The position numbers were made by a program, and so were the translations under genes. 64,000 nt of DNA from Octopus vulgaris. Lineage: Eukaryota. Below are positions 13,159 through 25,395 of this stretch, one piece after another. The notes beneath the pieces are model-generated. The model made no database searches, had not been told where the DNA came from, and saw only the letters and a list, made by a program, of their open reading frames with translations. How positions within the stretch are numbered: position 1 is the stretch's first letter; each line of letters starts with the position of its first letter. The stretch is from positions 167,400,001 through 167,464,000 of the forward strand of contig OX597814.1 in assembly GCA_951406725.2 (NCBI GenBank). The letters are read 5' to 3'.

Positions 13159-13668
13159 GTAAGTTCTTTTTAATTTAAATATAATTTTTTTGTTCACATG
13201 GGTAGTTAATACAAGGAAGATAATCATTTCTTAAAATTTGGCGAGATTAGAAGTATGAATTTAAATTGAGAATAAGGAAAAAGATGCATAGAATATACGT
13301 TTTATTTATTTTTGTTGCTTACTCACTGTGAAGTTCTTATTTTTAGTCAGTGGTAATCGTGCTTAGAACTATTTTATTCTTTTTAAAAATCATCAGTATA
13401 TAACCTGTAAATTCTTTTTTACTGTAAAACAAAATTTTGGTTGCATTTTTCTAATTACATATCATAAGCAAAATTTGGTTTTGCTTGAAGAATATAGGTT
13501 ACTGTGAATTTAAAACATTGTTTTAACCTTAAGCCAGATTCATGAGTCAACATTCCACATCCATCAGTGCCACTCATTTCATAGCTGAAAAACATTTACT
13601 TTGAAATGTGTAAATGTACAAAACTCCTTATAGCCTGTTGCTTGATCTGATATAAATTTTTTTTTCAG

Positions 13669-13781
13669 TGAAATCTTCCCTTACCTTGTTGTCATTATTG
13701 GATTGGAAAATGTTCTCATTCTCACTAAATCTGTTGTGTCAACTCCAGTTCATTTAGAGGTTAAGTACAGAGTTGCTCAAG
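13669..13781 (+). CDS. SCAP: SCAP coding exon 9 ([37 protein letters not shown])
   Basis: TTTCAG/GTTTGT; sterol-sensing domain. Confidence 0.96.
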
Positions 13782-14544
13782 GTTTGTTTCATTCATTTTG
13801 TTGTTGTACTAGCCCTAATTTACCATACCTATGATTAAAGTTAGTCCTAATTGAGCAGATCTTCTCAAACATACTCCAGTCATTACTATGCCTGTTTTTT
13901 TTTTCCTTATTTTTAAGTGCATCCAGAACTATATTATGCAGTGTGCACATCTGTTTTTATCATGGTAGGAGTCAAAAGAGATTTAGCTACTGTTTCTTGC
14001 AGCAGAACAACCACAGAGAAGATCCCTTGTTATTTTTGTAGTTTGTTGTTTACCTCTAGACATTCCAACTGTGACGGTCCTATTTTTTTTATATACCAGA
14101 GATTACATTATACAATAGGGTATGATTTAAAGATTTGGGCACTATTTCTAGCAAACTGACACAGAAGCTTTGGCTCTTTTTTCATGGTGCTCATGTGTCA
14201 TTCTTGATATTGTATATTAAGGTGAAAATTGAACCCCTATTTTATTTTTTTAAATAACAGCAACAAAGAAAATTATTACTTTTTAATTGTATATTTTATT
14301 GTCTATAACAACTATTATTTCACAATTTAAATCTGCTAACTGAATAAAAAATTTATTATGATAATTTGTGTCAAATTCTGCCTAGGTTGACTTTCCCTTT
14401 CATCCTCTCAGGGTTGATAGAATAAGTATCAGTTGAACACTGGGGTTGATGTAATTGACTTACCCCTCCTGCAATTTTGCTGGCCTTGTGCCAAAATTTG
14501 AAACAAATACAATAATCTGTTATATCTATTTATTATTTATCAAA

Positions 14545-15073
14545 TCAAAATCAAATTCAATGACTGGCATCTGTGCTAGTAGGGTGCCAAGAGCACCATC
14601 TGAGCGTGATCGTTGCCAGAGCGGCTTACTGGCTTCCGTGCCAGTGGCACATAAAAGGCAGCATTCGAGTGTGATCATTACCAGCATTGTCTTACTGGCA
14701 CTTGTGCCCATGCTAGTAGGGTGCCAAGAGCACCATCTGAGTGTGATCGTTGCCAGAGCGGCTAACTGGCTTCTGTGCCAGTGGCACGTAAAAGGCACCA
14801 TTTGAGCATGTTCGTTACCAGCGTCACCTTACTGGCACCTGTGCCGATGGCATGAGTAAAAAGATTCGAGCGAGGTCGTTGCCAGTACCGCCTAACTGGC
14901 CCTCGTGTTGTTGGCACATAAAAAGGGGTTGGCGTTAGGAAGGGCATCTAGCTGTAGAAACTCTGCCAGATCAAGATTGGAGCCTGGTGCAGCCATCTGG
15001 TTCACCAGCCCCCAGTCAAAATCGTCCAACCATGCTAGCATTGAAAGCGGACGTTAAACGATGATGATGATGA
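14545..15073 (+). repeat. RTE 3'-UTR-derived repeat with internal GTGCCAGTGGCAC subrepeats and (GAT)n tail (others on +: 590-1065, 10810-11020, 20777-21033, 25793-26095, 32745-33327, 46448-46629, 53515-53604; on -: 9725-9940, 18855-19290, 57485-57642)
   Basis: Shares GGCGTTAGGAAGGGCATCCAGC...CCAACCCATGCTAGCATGGAA...GTTAAACGATGATGAT with the tail of the RTE at 16204. Confidence 0.88.
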
Positions 15074-15175
15074 TATTCTTTTGTTAAACTATTTTCTTAA
15101 TTATAAGTTGTTTCTATTGCACAAATCTGATTTTATGAATGTTACGTTTATAGGAACGTTGTCTTTCTTTTGTAG

Positions 15176-15270
15176 GTCTCAGTAAAGAGGGTTGGTCAAT
15201 TACTAAAAATCTTACAACAGAATTGCTTATCATTCTTGTGGGGTTCTTCACATTTGTTCCAGCCATTCAA
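15176..15270 (+). CDS. SCAP: SCAP coding exon 10 ([16 protein letters not shown]...FVPAIQ)
   Basis: TGTAG/GTAAGT; sterol-sensing domain. Confidence 0.96.
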
Positions 15271-15388
15271 GTAAGTTGTTCTATGTTAAATTAATTGGTG
15301 GTGGTAATTTGGGTTTTTGTTAAATTATAAATTTTTTTATGGGTTAAAAAAAAATGCAATTTTACTAAAACATTCTTATATTCAATAG

Positions 15389-15487
15389 GAGTTTTGTCTG
15401 TTTGCTGTTGTTGGTTTGTTGACCGACTTTTTCCTGCAAATGGTGTTTTTTGCTACGGTTTTATCTGTGGACATCAGGAGGATGGAG
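15389..15487 (+). CDS. SCAP: SCAP coding exon 11 ([33 protein letters not shown])
   Basis: AATAG/GTAAAG; 99 nt, phase 0/0. Confidence 0.96.
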
Positions 15488-15723
15488 GTAAAGGAGATTC
15501 TTTTTGCTTTTTCTATCTTTATCTTTTATTTGCTTCAGTGGTTGGACCGTGGCCATGCTGGGGCACCACCTTGAAGTTTTTAGTCAAATGAATTAACCCT
15601 AGTACTTTTTTTAAGCCCAGTACTTATTCTATTGGCCTTTTGCCAAACTGCTAAGTTGTGGGGATGTAAACAAACCAACACTCGTCAGGCAGTGGTGGTA
15701 GACGAACACACGCACACACACAC

Positions 15724-17776
15724 AAACCCATGTAATTTATGCATTTAGGGAGGGGCAAAAATAAACTTTAGGGATGCGCAAATTACATGAGTAGATTGTT
15801 TCCAGAATTTTTTTTAGAAATTTTGTTTTTGTTGAAAAAAAGATGTACAAAATGTAAATAGTCATACTGGAAGTTGACTCATTCAAAAATAAGGGCTTGA
15901 ATATAATGAAAGTGACTTTTATTTATGCTGGACTGTATAATGCTTACTTTTTCTGTAAAAATTTACTAAAACCATTAATCTTTATTGGTAATTAAACTTA
16001 ATTTGCAACACCTATGCATATTTATCAGCTTTGTTTTTGTTGATAATTCTTATCAACAACTTTTCCTGTGATTGTGATTTGAGAAAACATACAGCAGTAT
16101 GCTAAAGATTGGACATAATCTCTTGTGGGCAAGAAATGTAAAACAAAGTTTATTATAAACAACACAAGCACTTTGTAATTTAATAGCATTTAATGTGATA
16201 AATCATCATCATCGTCGTTTAGCGTCCGTTTTCCATGCTAGCATGGGTTGGACGGTTCTACTGGGGTCTGTGAAGCCAGAAGGCTTCATCAGGCCCAGTC
16301 AAATCTGGCAGTGTTTCTACGGCTGGATGCCCTTCCTAACGCCAACCACTCCGTGAGTGTAGTGGGTGCTTTTTATGTGCCACCGGCACAAGGGCCAGGC
16401 GAGGCTGGCAACGGACACGAAACGGGGCGGTGCTGGCAACGGTCGCGAAACGGAAGGTTCTCTTACATGCCACCGGCACTGGTAACACATCTGCAATTTC
16501 CATTGATCGATTTCCATTCTGATCCTCACTTGCCTCAACGGGTCTTCACAAGTAGAGTTTCGACATGCCACCGGCACTGGTAACACATCTGCAATTTCCA
16601 TTGATCGATTTCGATTCTGATCCTCACTTGCCTCAACAGGTCTTCACAAGTAGAGTTTTGTGTCCCAAGAAGGGAAGGTATGCATACGTAGGCTGGCTCC
16701 ATCCCAAGTAGAAGGCCACGGGTTATGGACTCACTTGTCCTGCCGGGTCTTCTCGCGCACAGCACACTTCCAGAGGACTCGGTCTCTAGTCATTTCCTCA
16801 GTGAGACCTAAAGTTCGAAGGTCGTGCTTCACCACCTCGTCCCAGGTTTTCCTGGGTCTGCCTCTTCCACAGGTTCCCTCAACCGCTAGGGTGTGGCACT
16901 TTTTCACACAACTATCTTCATCCATTCTCGCCACATGACCATACCAGCGCAATCGTCTCTCTTGCACACCACAACTGATGCTTCTTAGGTCCAGCTTTTC
17001 TCTCAAGGTACTTACACTCTGTCGATTATGAACACTGACATTACACATCCATCGGAGCATACTGGCTTCATTTCTTGCGAGCTTACGCATATCCTCAACA
17101 GTCACGGCCCATGTTTCACTGCCATGTAGCATGGCTGTTTGTACACACGCATCATATAGTCTGCCTTTCACTCTGTGCGAGAGGCCTTTTGTCACCAGCA
17201 GAGGTAAGAGCTCTCTGAACTTTGCCCAAGCTATTCTTACTCTAGCAGTTACACTTTCAGCACACCCGCCCCCGCTGCTGACTTGGTCACCTAGGTAACG
17301 GAAACTATCAACTATTTCTAGTTTTTCTCCCTGGAAAGTGACGGAAGTTGGTCTCAGAGCATTTTCAGTGTTTATTGTTCCTGAGCATCTGCCACATACA
17401 AAAACCATCTTCCTAGTTAGCCTTCCTTTGACATTGCTGCACCTCTTATGTGTCCATAGCTTACACTTGGTGCATCTTATAGAGTTTCTACCTACACCTT
17501 TTCTACAGATCGAGCAGGGCCATCTACCTGAAGGCGTTTGTGATAAATGTTAAACAGAAATTATTTTTATCTAATGAAAATTTAATAAAATCTAATCATA
17601 AGTAAGTGAAATTACACTAAATACAATTAAATTGAAAACCTTTTTCCCCTGGCCATATCAGCAATTCTGAAAACTTTTTGGTGCAAATTTTATATGAGTA
17701 GAAACTTTTTTTAAACAAATTTTATCCTGAAAATCACCTGTGTAAATTACACAGGTGTGCAAGTTACATGGGTTTA
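15724..17776. mobile_element. Old TIR element interrupted by the RTE insertion
   Basis: AAACCCATGTAATTT (15724) and AAGTTACATGGGTTT (17761-17775) are inverted; repeated AAATTACA motifs. Confidence 0.45.
16204..17538 (-). mobile_element. 5'-truncated RTE-clade LINE (PHD-like Cys segment, RT C-terminus, 3' UTR, (GAT)n tail)
   Basis: ORF 16731-17408 with FRYLG, MLHGSETW, RRLRWYGHV, RGRPRKTW; 10-bp TSD TGTGATAAAT (16194-16203, 17539-17548); ~98-bp tandem duplication in the 3' UTR (16465-16560/16563-16658). Confidence 0.95.
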
Positions 17777-18444
17777 TATATATAATATATATATATGACG
17801 GGCTTTTTTAATTTCCGTCTACCAAATCCACTTAAGACTTTTTTTTTTCTTGACAAGATTTACAGCTTTCATACATCAATGAATGACAAACATACACATG
17901 TATACACCTACACTCACTCACATGCACACACATATTCTGCAACAGTTTCCATCTATCAAATTTCACAAATTATTGATTAACCTGAGACTATCATAGAAGA
18001 TATCTGTCCAAGGTGCTGCACACAGATTGAACCATATTTCTTATTGACACAGTATGCCAATGCCTCTATCTTATGTCTTATTCTGTTTCACCTTTCAAAC
18101 ATCTTACTTAACATGTTGCCTAATTCTGTTCTCTCACTGCCTGTCTGTATGTTACTTTTCTTTATTTCAAACATATGAAGTTAGCTTTTGTATCTCCAAC
18201 TGTGACATACTGATCTATTAAAATTTTTCTTTTTTAAATAGAAACATGAAATATATTTTGAAGTAAAGTTATTTGCTATTTGTGAAGCTTATGAATATTT
18301 TATTTTGATTTTTTTTTTTTTTTTTTTTTTTTGAAAATAGAATATGTTACTTTTGTAAGCTAAGTTATTAATTTTATTTATTAAATTCTCTTTCTCATAG
18401 ATGTTAGTTTTTATACTTCTGATTCAAAACTATTTGTTTTCCAG

Positions 18445-18744
18445 TTGTCTGATCTTCAGAAACAAAACATCCATTCAAGTATCAGTGGTAACGAAGGTTC
18501 AAGTAACACGTACCCACCCAGGGAATCTTCATTCCACTCTCCTGTAATGTTTCTACAGGACACTCGGTCAATGCCAAAACAGCAGAAGGAAAAGCAAGTC
18601 AATGTTCCAAATAATGATCCGTCCCCATCATTTGCTCAGATGAGAGATGAGTTCTTTAACAGTCCAACAATTCTGGAGCTGCCAAGGCGCCTACAGATCT
18701 TGTTTTTCTTAGCTCGAACTAGAATAGTTCAACGAGTTATAATG
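18445..18744 (+). CDS. SCAP: SCAP coding exon 12 (LSDLQKQ...LPRRLQILFFLARTRIVQRVIM)
   Basis: CCAG/GTAGGT; matches LPKRLRVVYFLARTRLAQRLIM. Confidence 0.95.
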
Positions 18745-19000
18745 GTAGGTAAACAAGAAAGTTGTTTTTTTGGGGTTTTTTTTTTTTTTCAAAGAAAGAT
18801 GAATGGGATCCTCATTTTCATAAATATTGTTTAAATTTTGTCTTTTATGTATTAACATCATCATTATCATCATCATCAACATTTAATATCCATTTTCCAT
18901 GTTGGCATGAGTTGGACAGCTTGACAGAAAATGGCAAGACCAGGGTTTGCACAGGTTCCATAGTCTGTTTTAGCTTGATCTCTACAGCTGGATGTTCTTC

Positions 19001-19228
19001 TTAACTCTTTCATTACTGTATTTATTTTGAGATGCTCTGTGTTTCTTTCAATTACTTTAAATATAACAAAGAATTTAGTAAAATAACTTAGTTATCATTA
19101 ATCTAGTGTTAGGAACATAAATTGTGACTAATGTTTGGTGGAAGATTTTAATTCAAAACTTATGAAAACAAGACATTTGTACTCAGAGCCAGAGCCGGTT
19201 TCAGCTGGGTTAGTAATGAAAGGGTTAA
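19001..19228. mobile_element. TTAA-flanked piggyBac-like MITE, family A
   Basis: TTAACTCTTT...AAAGGGTTAA; same sequence as 36458-36674; inserted into an RTE tail repeat. Confidence 0.85.
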
Positions 19229-19579
19229 CACCAAACTCTTTATAGAGTGTACTGGGTGCTTTTTTACATGCCACCAACATCAGTGCTTCAGATTTGCATT
19301 GTGCTGTGTGGAACCAATCTATCATGTAAAGTGAGGGATAACTACATGGAAAATATACATCAAACTTAAGTTTTTGACATTAGAAAGATGACTCAACCAT
19401 AAAATAATTTTAGTGTTTCCTAGAAATGTTTGAATTTAATAAATCAGTTAAATCCAATCCTGAATGACAAGAAAAATAATGTAACAATGCATTTTTTTAT
19501 CTCACAGAGAAAATGTTTAATACAAATAAATCTCCAAATAATAATAATTAATAAATTTCAATTTCAATTAATTTTTCAG

Positions 19580-19839
19580 ATGGGAACAGTCATTTGGATT
19601 ATCTTGATTCTCTACAAAGCAGGTCTAATTGGTTACACTTTGGTGGATTCCATTATAGCTCTAGTATATGGTGGACTCTTTAAAAACTCTTCCTCGCACC
19701 AGAATGAAGAGCGCTTAATGGGAAAATATGATGATGATGCTGGCTCAGTTGAACATAAAGATTTGGAAATGTGGCGTAAATTATCTTACAAACATTTTCC
19801 AACTCTGTTTGGATATTATAACATCAGTATATATGGAAG
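19580..19839 (+). CDS. SCAP: SCAP coding exon 13 (MGTVIWIILILY...WRKLSYKHFPTLFGYYNISIYG)
   Basis: TTTCAG/GTGAGC; TM7 and loop 7. Confidence 0.95.
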
Positions 19840-19906
19840 GTGAGCCATTTCCAGCATTCCTTTTGAAATAAGTGGATTAATTTTTTTTATTCATCATTAT
19901 CATTAT

Positions 19907-20134
19907 TTAACCCTTTAGTGTTCAGATTATTCTGTCAAATGTGATGTTTGTTTATTTAAAATGGTTTGAATTAATCCTGCATTATCTTGTAGTTTAGAGA
20001 TTGCAGTGATGTGATTTTTCAGTTTTAGAATGACATGGTAGGGCTGAGGTGAGAGGCGAGATCTGGTCAGTTTCAATATAAAACAGGTTAAATATTTCGG
20101 CCGGATATGGCCGGTTTGAATGCTAAAGGGTTAA
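19907..20134. mobile_element. TTAA-flanked piggyBac-like MITE, family B
   Basis: TTAACCCTTTAGTGTTCA...TGAATGCTAAAGGGTTAA; reverse copy at 50632-50872. Confidence 0.85.
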
Positions 20135-20418
20135 AGCATTGTTTTTCTTTAGTGGCACAATTTTTGTTAAGATCTGCAATACATGAATTTCAACCCAATA
20201 ACATCTTATCCATTCCATCACTGGTGGGAAAAATGTAAAGTCAACCATGACAGAATTTAAATTTCAAAATAATTTAATTGTAATATTTAAAGTAAGCAAA
20301 TTTACTCTGTTGTATATATTTCTATGCAAAGCTTTTCCAGAAACTTAATCTTCATTGCTATAATCTGTTAAGCCACAAAAATGATTCCATTTTACATAAT
20401 GCATTTATTTGATTTCAG

Positions 20419-20694
20419 ATTTGTCAGTATCCTGCCAACAATTCACCTTTCGGCTATTATAACCCCTGAAGAAGCTATCCAATCTCGTCATCCAAATGAT
20501 ATAGAAATGCTGAAGAAACAACAGAATGCTGTTGAAAGTGGTTGGGAAGAGTATTTGCCTAGCATCAAAAGTGGAGACACTGAGGGCAGTAATTCTCAAT
20601 ATTTATCTGAAAGAGAGTTTTTCATAACTGTCTGTTTGGTACTACTGAGTTTCATCTTAATCTTTTATTTTATCATCACACGCTGTTCTGGCAG
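20419..20694 (+). CDS. SCAP: SCAP coding exon 14 (FVSILPTIHL...RHPND...hydrophobic TM8 segment)
   Basis: TTTCAG/GTAAGA; matches YISLLPVIP...RHPQD. Confidence 0.92.
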
Positions 20695-21488
20695 GTAAGA
20701 AATAGTATATTCTGTAAAATTATTTAAACTCTTCATTCTTCAGGTCTTCTTTGCTTAATATTAATTTTGCTACAAAGCCTCGCCTGGCCCCCGTGCCGGT
20801 GGCACGTAAATAGCACAATCCGATCGTGACCATTGCCAGCCTCGCCTGGCCCCTGTGCCGGTGGCACGTAAAAAGCACCCACTACACTCATGGAGTAGTT
20901 GGCATTAGGAAGGGCATCCAGCCGTAGAAACATTGCCAGATCAGACTGGGCCTGGTGCAGCCTTCTGGCTTCCCAGACCCCAGTTGAACCGTCCAACCCA
21001 TGCTAGCATAGAAAGCGGACGCTAAATGATGATATATCACAAAACATTTTTTTATTTTCTTTTTGCATGGAATATAATTTAGAAATGTGAACATTTGCAT
21101 ATTCTTAAAACAAGTAAGATAAGTGACAACTTGGTGTTCCTTTTTATTTTTCAATCAATCCAACACAGATGAAAACAAACAACATTTTGTATCTTAACTA
21201 GGGATTAGCACAATTTCTACAGCAATAAAAAAAGCCCACAGCCATGTGAGCCTCTTTACTGCTGCAGAAATTGGTTTTTTAAATAATAAATAGTTTGCTT
21301 TTTTAAATCATAGCCTTTTACTGCATGTTTCCATTACCTTTTATCAAAATTACTATCCCTTCAGTCTTAGAAAACTTTCTAGTGAGAGAAGGGAGAGGAA
21401 GAGGTACAATAATTATGAGATTAAGCTACTGGACTACTCATTAGATAGTCATTAGCTTAAACCTTACCACTACAATCATTGCATTGTA

Positions 21489-22600
21489 CATCATCATCAT
21501 CATCATCGTTTAACATCTGTTTTCCATCCCGGCATGGGTTGGACGGATTGACTGAGGTCTGGAGAGCCAGCAGTTGTACCAGGCTCCAATCTGATCTGGC
21601 AACGTTTTTACAGCTGGATGCCTTTCCTAATGCCAACCACTCTGAGAGTGTAGTAGGTGCTTTTTACATGCCACTGGTACAGGAGCCAGTCAGGTGGGCC
21701 TGGCATCGATCACATTTGGATAGTGCTTTTTACATGCCACTGGCTTGGGGACCTGTCAGTGGGTGCTGGCATTGGCCATGTTTAGTTGATGTTTTTACCA
21801 AGAGCACAAGAGCCAGTGAAGTGAACCTGGCATCGATTATGTTCGGATAGTGCATTTTTTTTTGTCAAGCTTACACATGTCTTTAGCAGTCATGGCCCAT
21901 GTTTCTCTGTCATGTAGCATGGCAGTTTGCACACATGCATCATACAGTCTACCTTTCATCCTGAGTGAGAGGTCCTTAGGTGCCAGTAGAGGTAAGAGCT
22001 CCCCGAACTTTACCCAAGCTTTTCTTATTCGAGCTGTTACACTCTCAGAGCAACCACCCCCACTACAGACTTGGCCACCTAACTAGCAGAAGCTTTTAAC
22101 TACTTCTAGTTTCTCTAACTGGATGTGATGGAATCTGTTGTCTGTATATCTTCAGTGTTTATTGCCCCTGTGCATCTGCCACACACAAAACTATTTTCCT
22201 GATTAACCTTCCTTTGATATTGCTGCACCTTTTATGTGTCCATAGCTTACACTGGGTACATTGTATGGAGTTTCTGCCCACACCTTTTCTACAGATCGAG
22301 CAGGGCCTTCTACCTGAAGGGGATGGTGGTTTGACAACCTTCCTACTTACTAAGACTTTGGTTTTTGCTAAGTTAACCCTGAGGCCCTTTGATTCTAGAC
22401 CTTGCTTCCACACCCTAAACTTCGTCTCTAGTTCTGGCAGTAACTCGGCTATAAGAGCAAGGTCATTAGCACAGAGGAGCTCCTAGGGGCAGCCTGTCTT
22501 GAATTCCTCTGTTATTACCTGGGGGACTATGATGAATGAGGGACTGATCCTTGGTGAACCCCTACTTCTACATGGAATTCCTCAGTATACTCGTTATCAA
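21489..22600 (-). mobile_element. Decayed, internally deleted copy of the same RTE LINE
   Basis: WKQGLESKGLRVNLAKTKVL, CSICRKGVGRNSIQCTQCKLWTHKRCS, ELLCANDLAL (YADD-equivalent); tail at 21489. Confidence 0.92.
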
Positions 22601-22900
22601 TCCTGGGAAAATGATATAATTGTTTGCTTCAGGTTTTCTGGTTAATTAACATCTTTCATTCATATGTAATTGCTGAGATGTTTACAGTAAAAAAAAAGTT
22701 ATCCACTTCTTAATATTGGTGGGAAACTATCCAACTTACACTAACATGATAAAATTGATACAAAACATTGGAAATGTTGACCTTTAAGATACTTGATAAT
22801 TATGTTTGTTTTTAAACCAATTAATTTTTTAAAATAAATTTTGATAAAAGTACTTTCCATGCATAACAGATTTCATTACATTAAAACATTTTGTCTGTAG

Positions 22901-23027
22901 ATTCTCAAAATTGAGACAAACCTGGTGTAAATTTCGTCAGCAAAAGAAGAAAGTAGTTGAACAAACAAATAATTATATTCAACAAATCCATGAATCTATG
23001 CCACTTGTTTTAAAGGGTCATTGTCAG
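22901..23027 (+). CDS. SCAP: SCAP coding exon 15 (FSKLRQTW...MPLVLKGHCQ)
   Basis: TGTAG/GTAAGA; matches VPLVLRGHLM. Confidence 0.92.
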
Positions 23028-23699
23028 GTAAGAAAATTTTTATAAATTTAAAAATTTGTTTATAATTCTATAGGCTTGGTAAACTCAGTAACAAAATACC
23101 TTGTGGTATTTGGTTTACATCCCTTTATATTCTGCTTATGTCCATTTACAGTTATTTCAACTTTGCATTTGGTTCCACAAAGTGCTCTCTATCTCTACAA
23201 TTAACTAGGAACCTTGAAAACATCCCACCAAGCTACTTTCCAAAGATTTAAACCAGTGCAGGTACAACATTGATATTAAATTTACTTAAATAATTAAAAT
23301 GAAATACAGATACCTGTAACTTACTATAGTTTATGAATACTGTACTGTGGAATGTGCTACTCTATGCAAGACATTAGTTAATTAACAAAAATAATTATGT
23401 TGCTTACCTGTCACTGACTACTAAAGCATTTTCACACACAAAACAAAAGAATATTTTGTTTCATTAACTAAGGCTTTATGTCATGTTTTCTTTTTCTTTC
23501 TTTTTTCAAACTTAGAAAGAATCAACTGTATGAATACATATATAATGTCTCAATTATTTCTTCCACTTTCAATTTAATGTTCTCAGACAATGCATTCACA
23601 ACAATTTTTGTGATAGCATTGCTAATATCTACCATCACTATGATTTTGCTTTGATTCATTCATTTCATAATCAGATGTCACATCTGTTGGGAAAATAAC

Positions 23700-24282
23700 A
23701 GATCTTTACCTTTTGACTGACAAATTTTAAAAATGATTTATTTGTAACTAAACACTTTCAAACTTCGTATACTGGTAGAATGTGTCACATAAAACATCTT
23801 TTATTCTTGGCGTTGTTGAGAAAATTCTGTATTTTGGAAGTTATTTTTTGCTAAAGTTGTCGTCTTTAGGTAATTTCAACCAATCAATGATGTGTATTCA
23901 GCTGAATAAAATTACTGCTGTTGTTTGTCAACAACAACTTCCGGCAGTGTATATTTGTCACTGTTATTTATGACATATTTCATCTCAGTTATGTTTGTAT
24001 GAATAAACGAGTGTATCTGAAGCATGTTTATTTCATGGCACCACCATAATCGTTCATGCTTCATTTTTCATTTTTTTCCGTAACTCTAACCCTAAAACCC
24101 CAACCCTAAAACCTTAAAGCTAAAACCAGTACAAACGCACGAACGATGTCATAAATAACAATGACAAACGAAATATACACCACCAATAGTTGTTGACAAA
24201 CAACAGCAGTAATTTTATTCAGCTGAATACACGTCATTGATTGGTTGAAATTACCGAAATACGACAACTTTAACAAAATTTT
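23700..24282. mobile_element. Truncated MITE related to the 45859 element, with a ~130-bp internal inverted repeat
   Basis: Shares GTAACTAAA...AAACTTCGTAT-CTGGTAGAA...TTGAGAAAATTCT with 45900-45986; 23850-23977 is the reverse complement of 24146-24277. Confidence 0.8.
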
Positions 24283-24762
24283 CTTCAGGAAGTCTACTAT
24301 ATAGCCATTATTCATAATCATAATTTCTTGATGAATTTTGCATAAATTACTATTTAAAATGGCTGTCTATATTTAGTCATGTGTAAAAAGTCAAATGAAA
24401 AAATGAGCATGTAATGTGGAGTAATAATTAAAAAAGCACTGATTTAGCAAATTAATGACCTGTAGGGACACCGTATTTCATTATGTAATCATAATATACT
24501 ACAAAGTTTATTAAACACTTTGTAAGTCAATACTGTTTTCTACTGTGTTAGCAGTGCTATTAAATCACTTGTTAAGGTTATCTCTATAGATTTTCTATAG
24601 AGATTATCATCGCTGTTGAAAATCTGTAAAGGTAATCTTTAAAAAAATGATTTATCAAATATCTATCTTCTGTCTTGAAAATTTATCTTTGCCCATGCAT
24701 GCGATTATTGTAATGTAACATTAGATTTTTATTATAATGTGAAATGAATTTATATTATATAG

Positions 24763-24878
24763 GAAATAGAATGTGTGAAAACTGATGGACAGTTGATAGT
24801 CAGTGCTTGTCTTGGTGGAACGTTGATGGTATGGGATTCATTTACAGGAGAATGCTTGACTAGAATACTTCGTCATAA
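24763..24878 (+). CDS. SCAP: SCAP coding exon 16 (EIECVKTDGQLIVSACLGGTLMVWDSFTGECLTRI)
   Basis: TATAG/GTAAGT; first WD40 repeat. Confidence 0.95.
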
Positions 24879-25019
24879 GTAAGTAGAAGATATTCTAGAT
24901 GTAATTTATGTGTATTTCTTTTTTTTATGTATGTGAAACATTCTGCAATATGATACAGCAGCAGGTTAGCTGATATACAAACATAGTAAACTAAGTGGTT
25001 GAATTACTATAGTTAACTA

Positions 25020-25395
25020 AAGAATGGCATAGCAGTGACTGTGTGTTAAGTTGCTTGCTTACAAACCACATGGTTCCGGGCACCTTGGGCAAGTGTCTTC
25101 TACTATAGCTTTGGGCCAACCAAAGCCTTGTGAGTGGATTTGGTGGATGGAAACTGAAAGAAACCCGCCGTATATATATATATGTGTGTGTGTGTGTGTT
25201 TGTGCCCCCCCCCCCCAACATCACTTGACAACCAATGCTGGTGTGTTTACGTCCCCGTAACTTAGTGGTTCAACAAAAGAGACCGATAGAATAAGTGCTA
25301 GGCTTACAAAGAATAAGTCCTGGGGTTGATTTGCTCGACTAAAAGCAGTGCTCCAGCTTGACCACAATCAAATGACTGAAACTAGTAAAAGAGTA
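25020..25395 (+). mobile_element. SINE-like repeat with internal (TA)n/(TG)n (related pieces at 25550-25680, 53605-53950, 57985-58245, 58575-58930, 59120-59580)
   Basis: Recurrent GGCACCTTGGGCAAGTGTCTTCTACTATAG...GGAAACTGAAAGAAGCCC core. Confidence 0.75.

Noticed and set aside
14545-14925. CRISPR-like array of GTGCCAGTGGCAC repeats (also 20777-20880, 25793-25945, 32950-33180)
   Set aside because: Irregular spacing, spacers resemble each other, eukaryotic context with no cas genes; these are subrepeats of the RTE 3' UTR.
16731-17408. 225-aa ORF as a host gene
   Set aside because: It is the RT C-terminus of a 5'-truncated RTE LINE with TSD and tail.
24081-24115. Interstitial telomere (TAACCC)-like runs, also 46150-46183
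   Set aside because: Only a few degenerate units, internal to MITEs.
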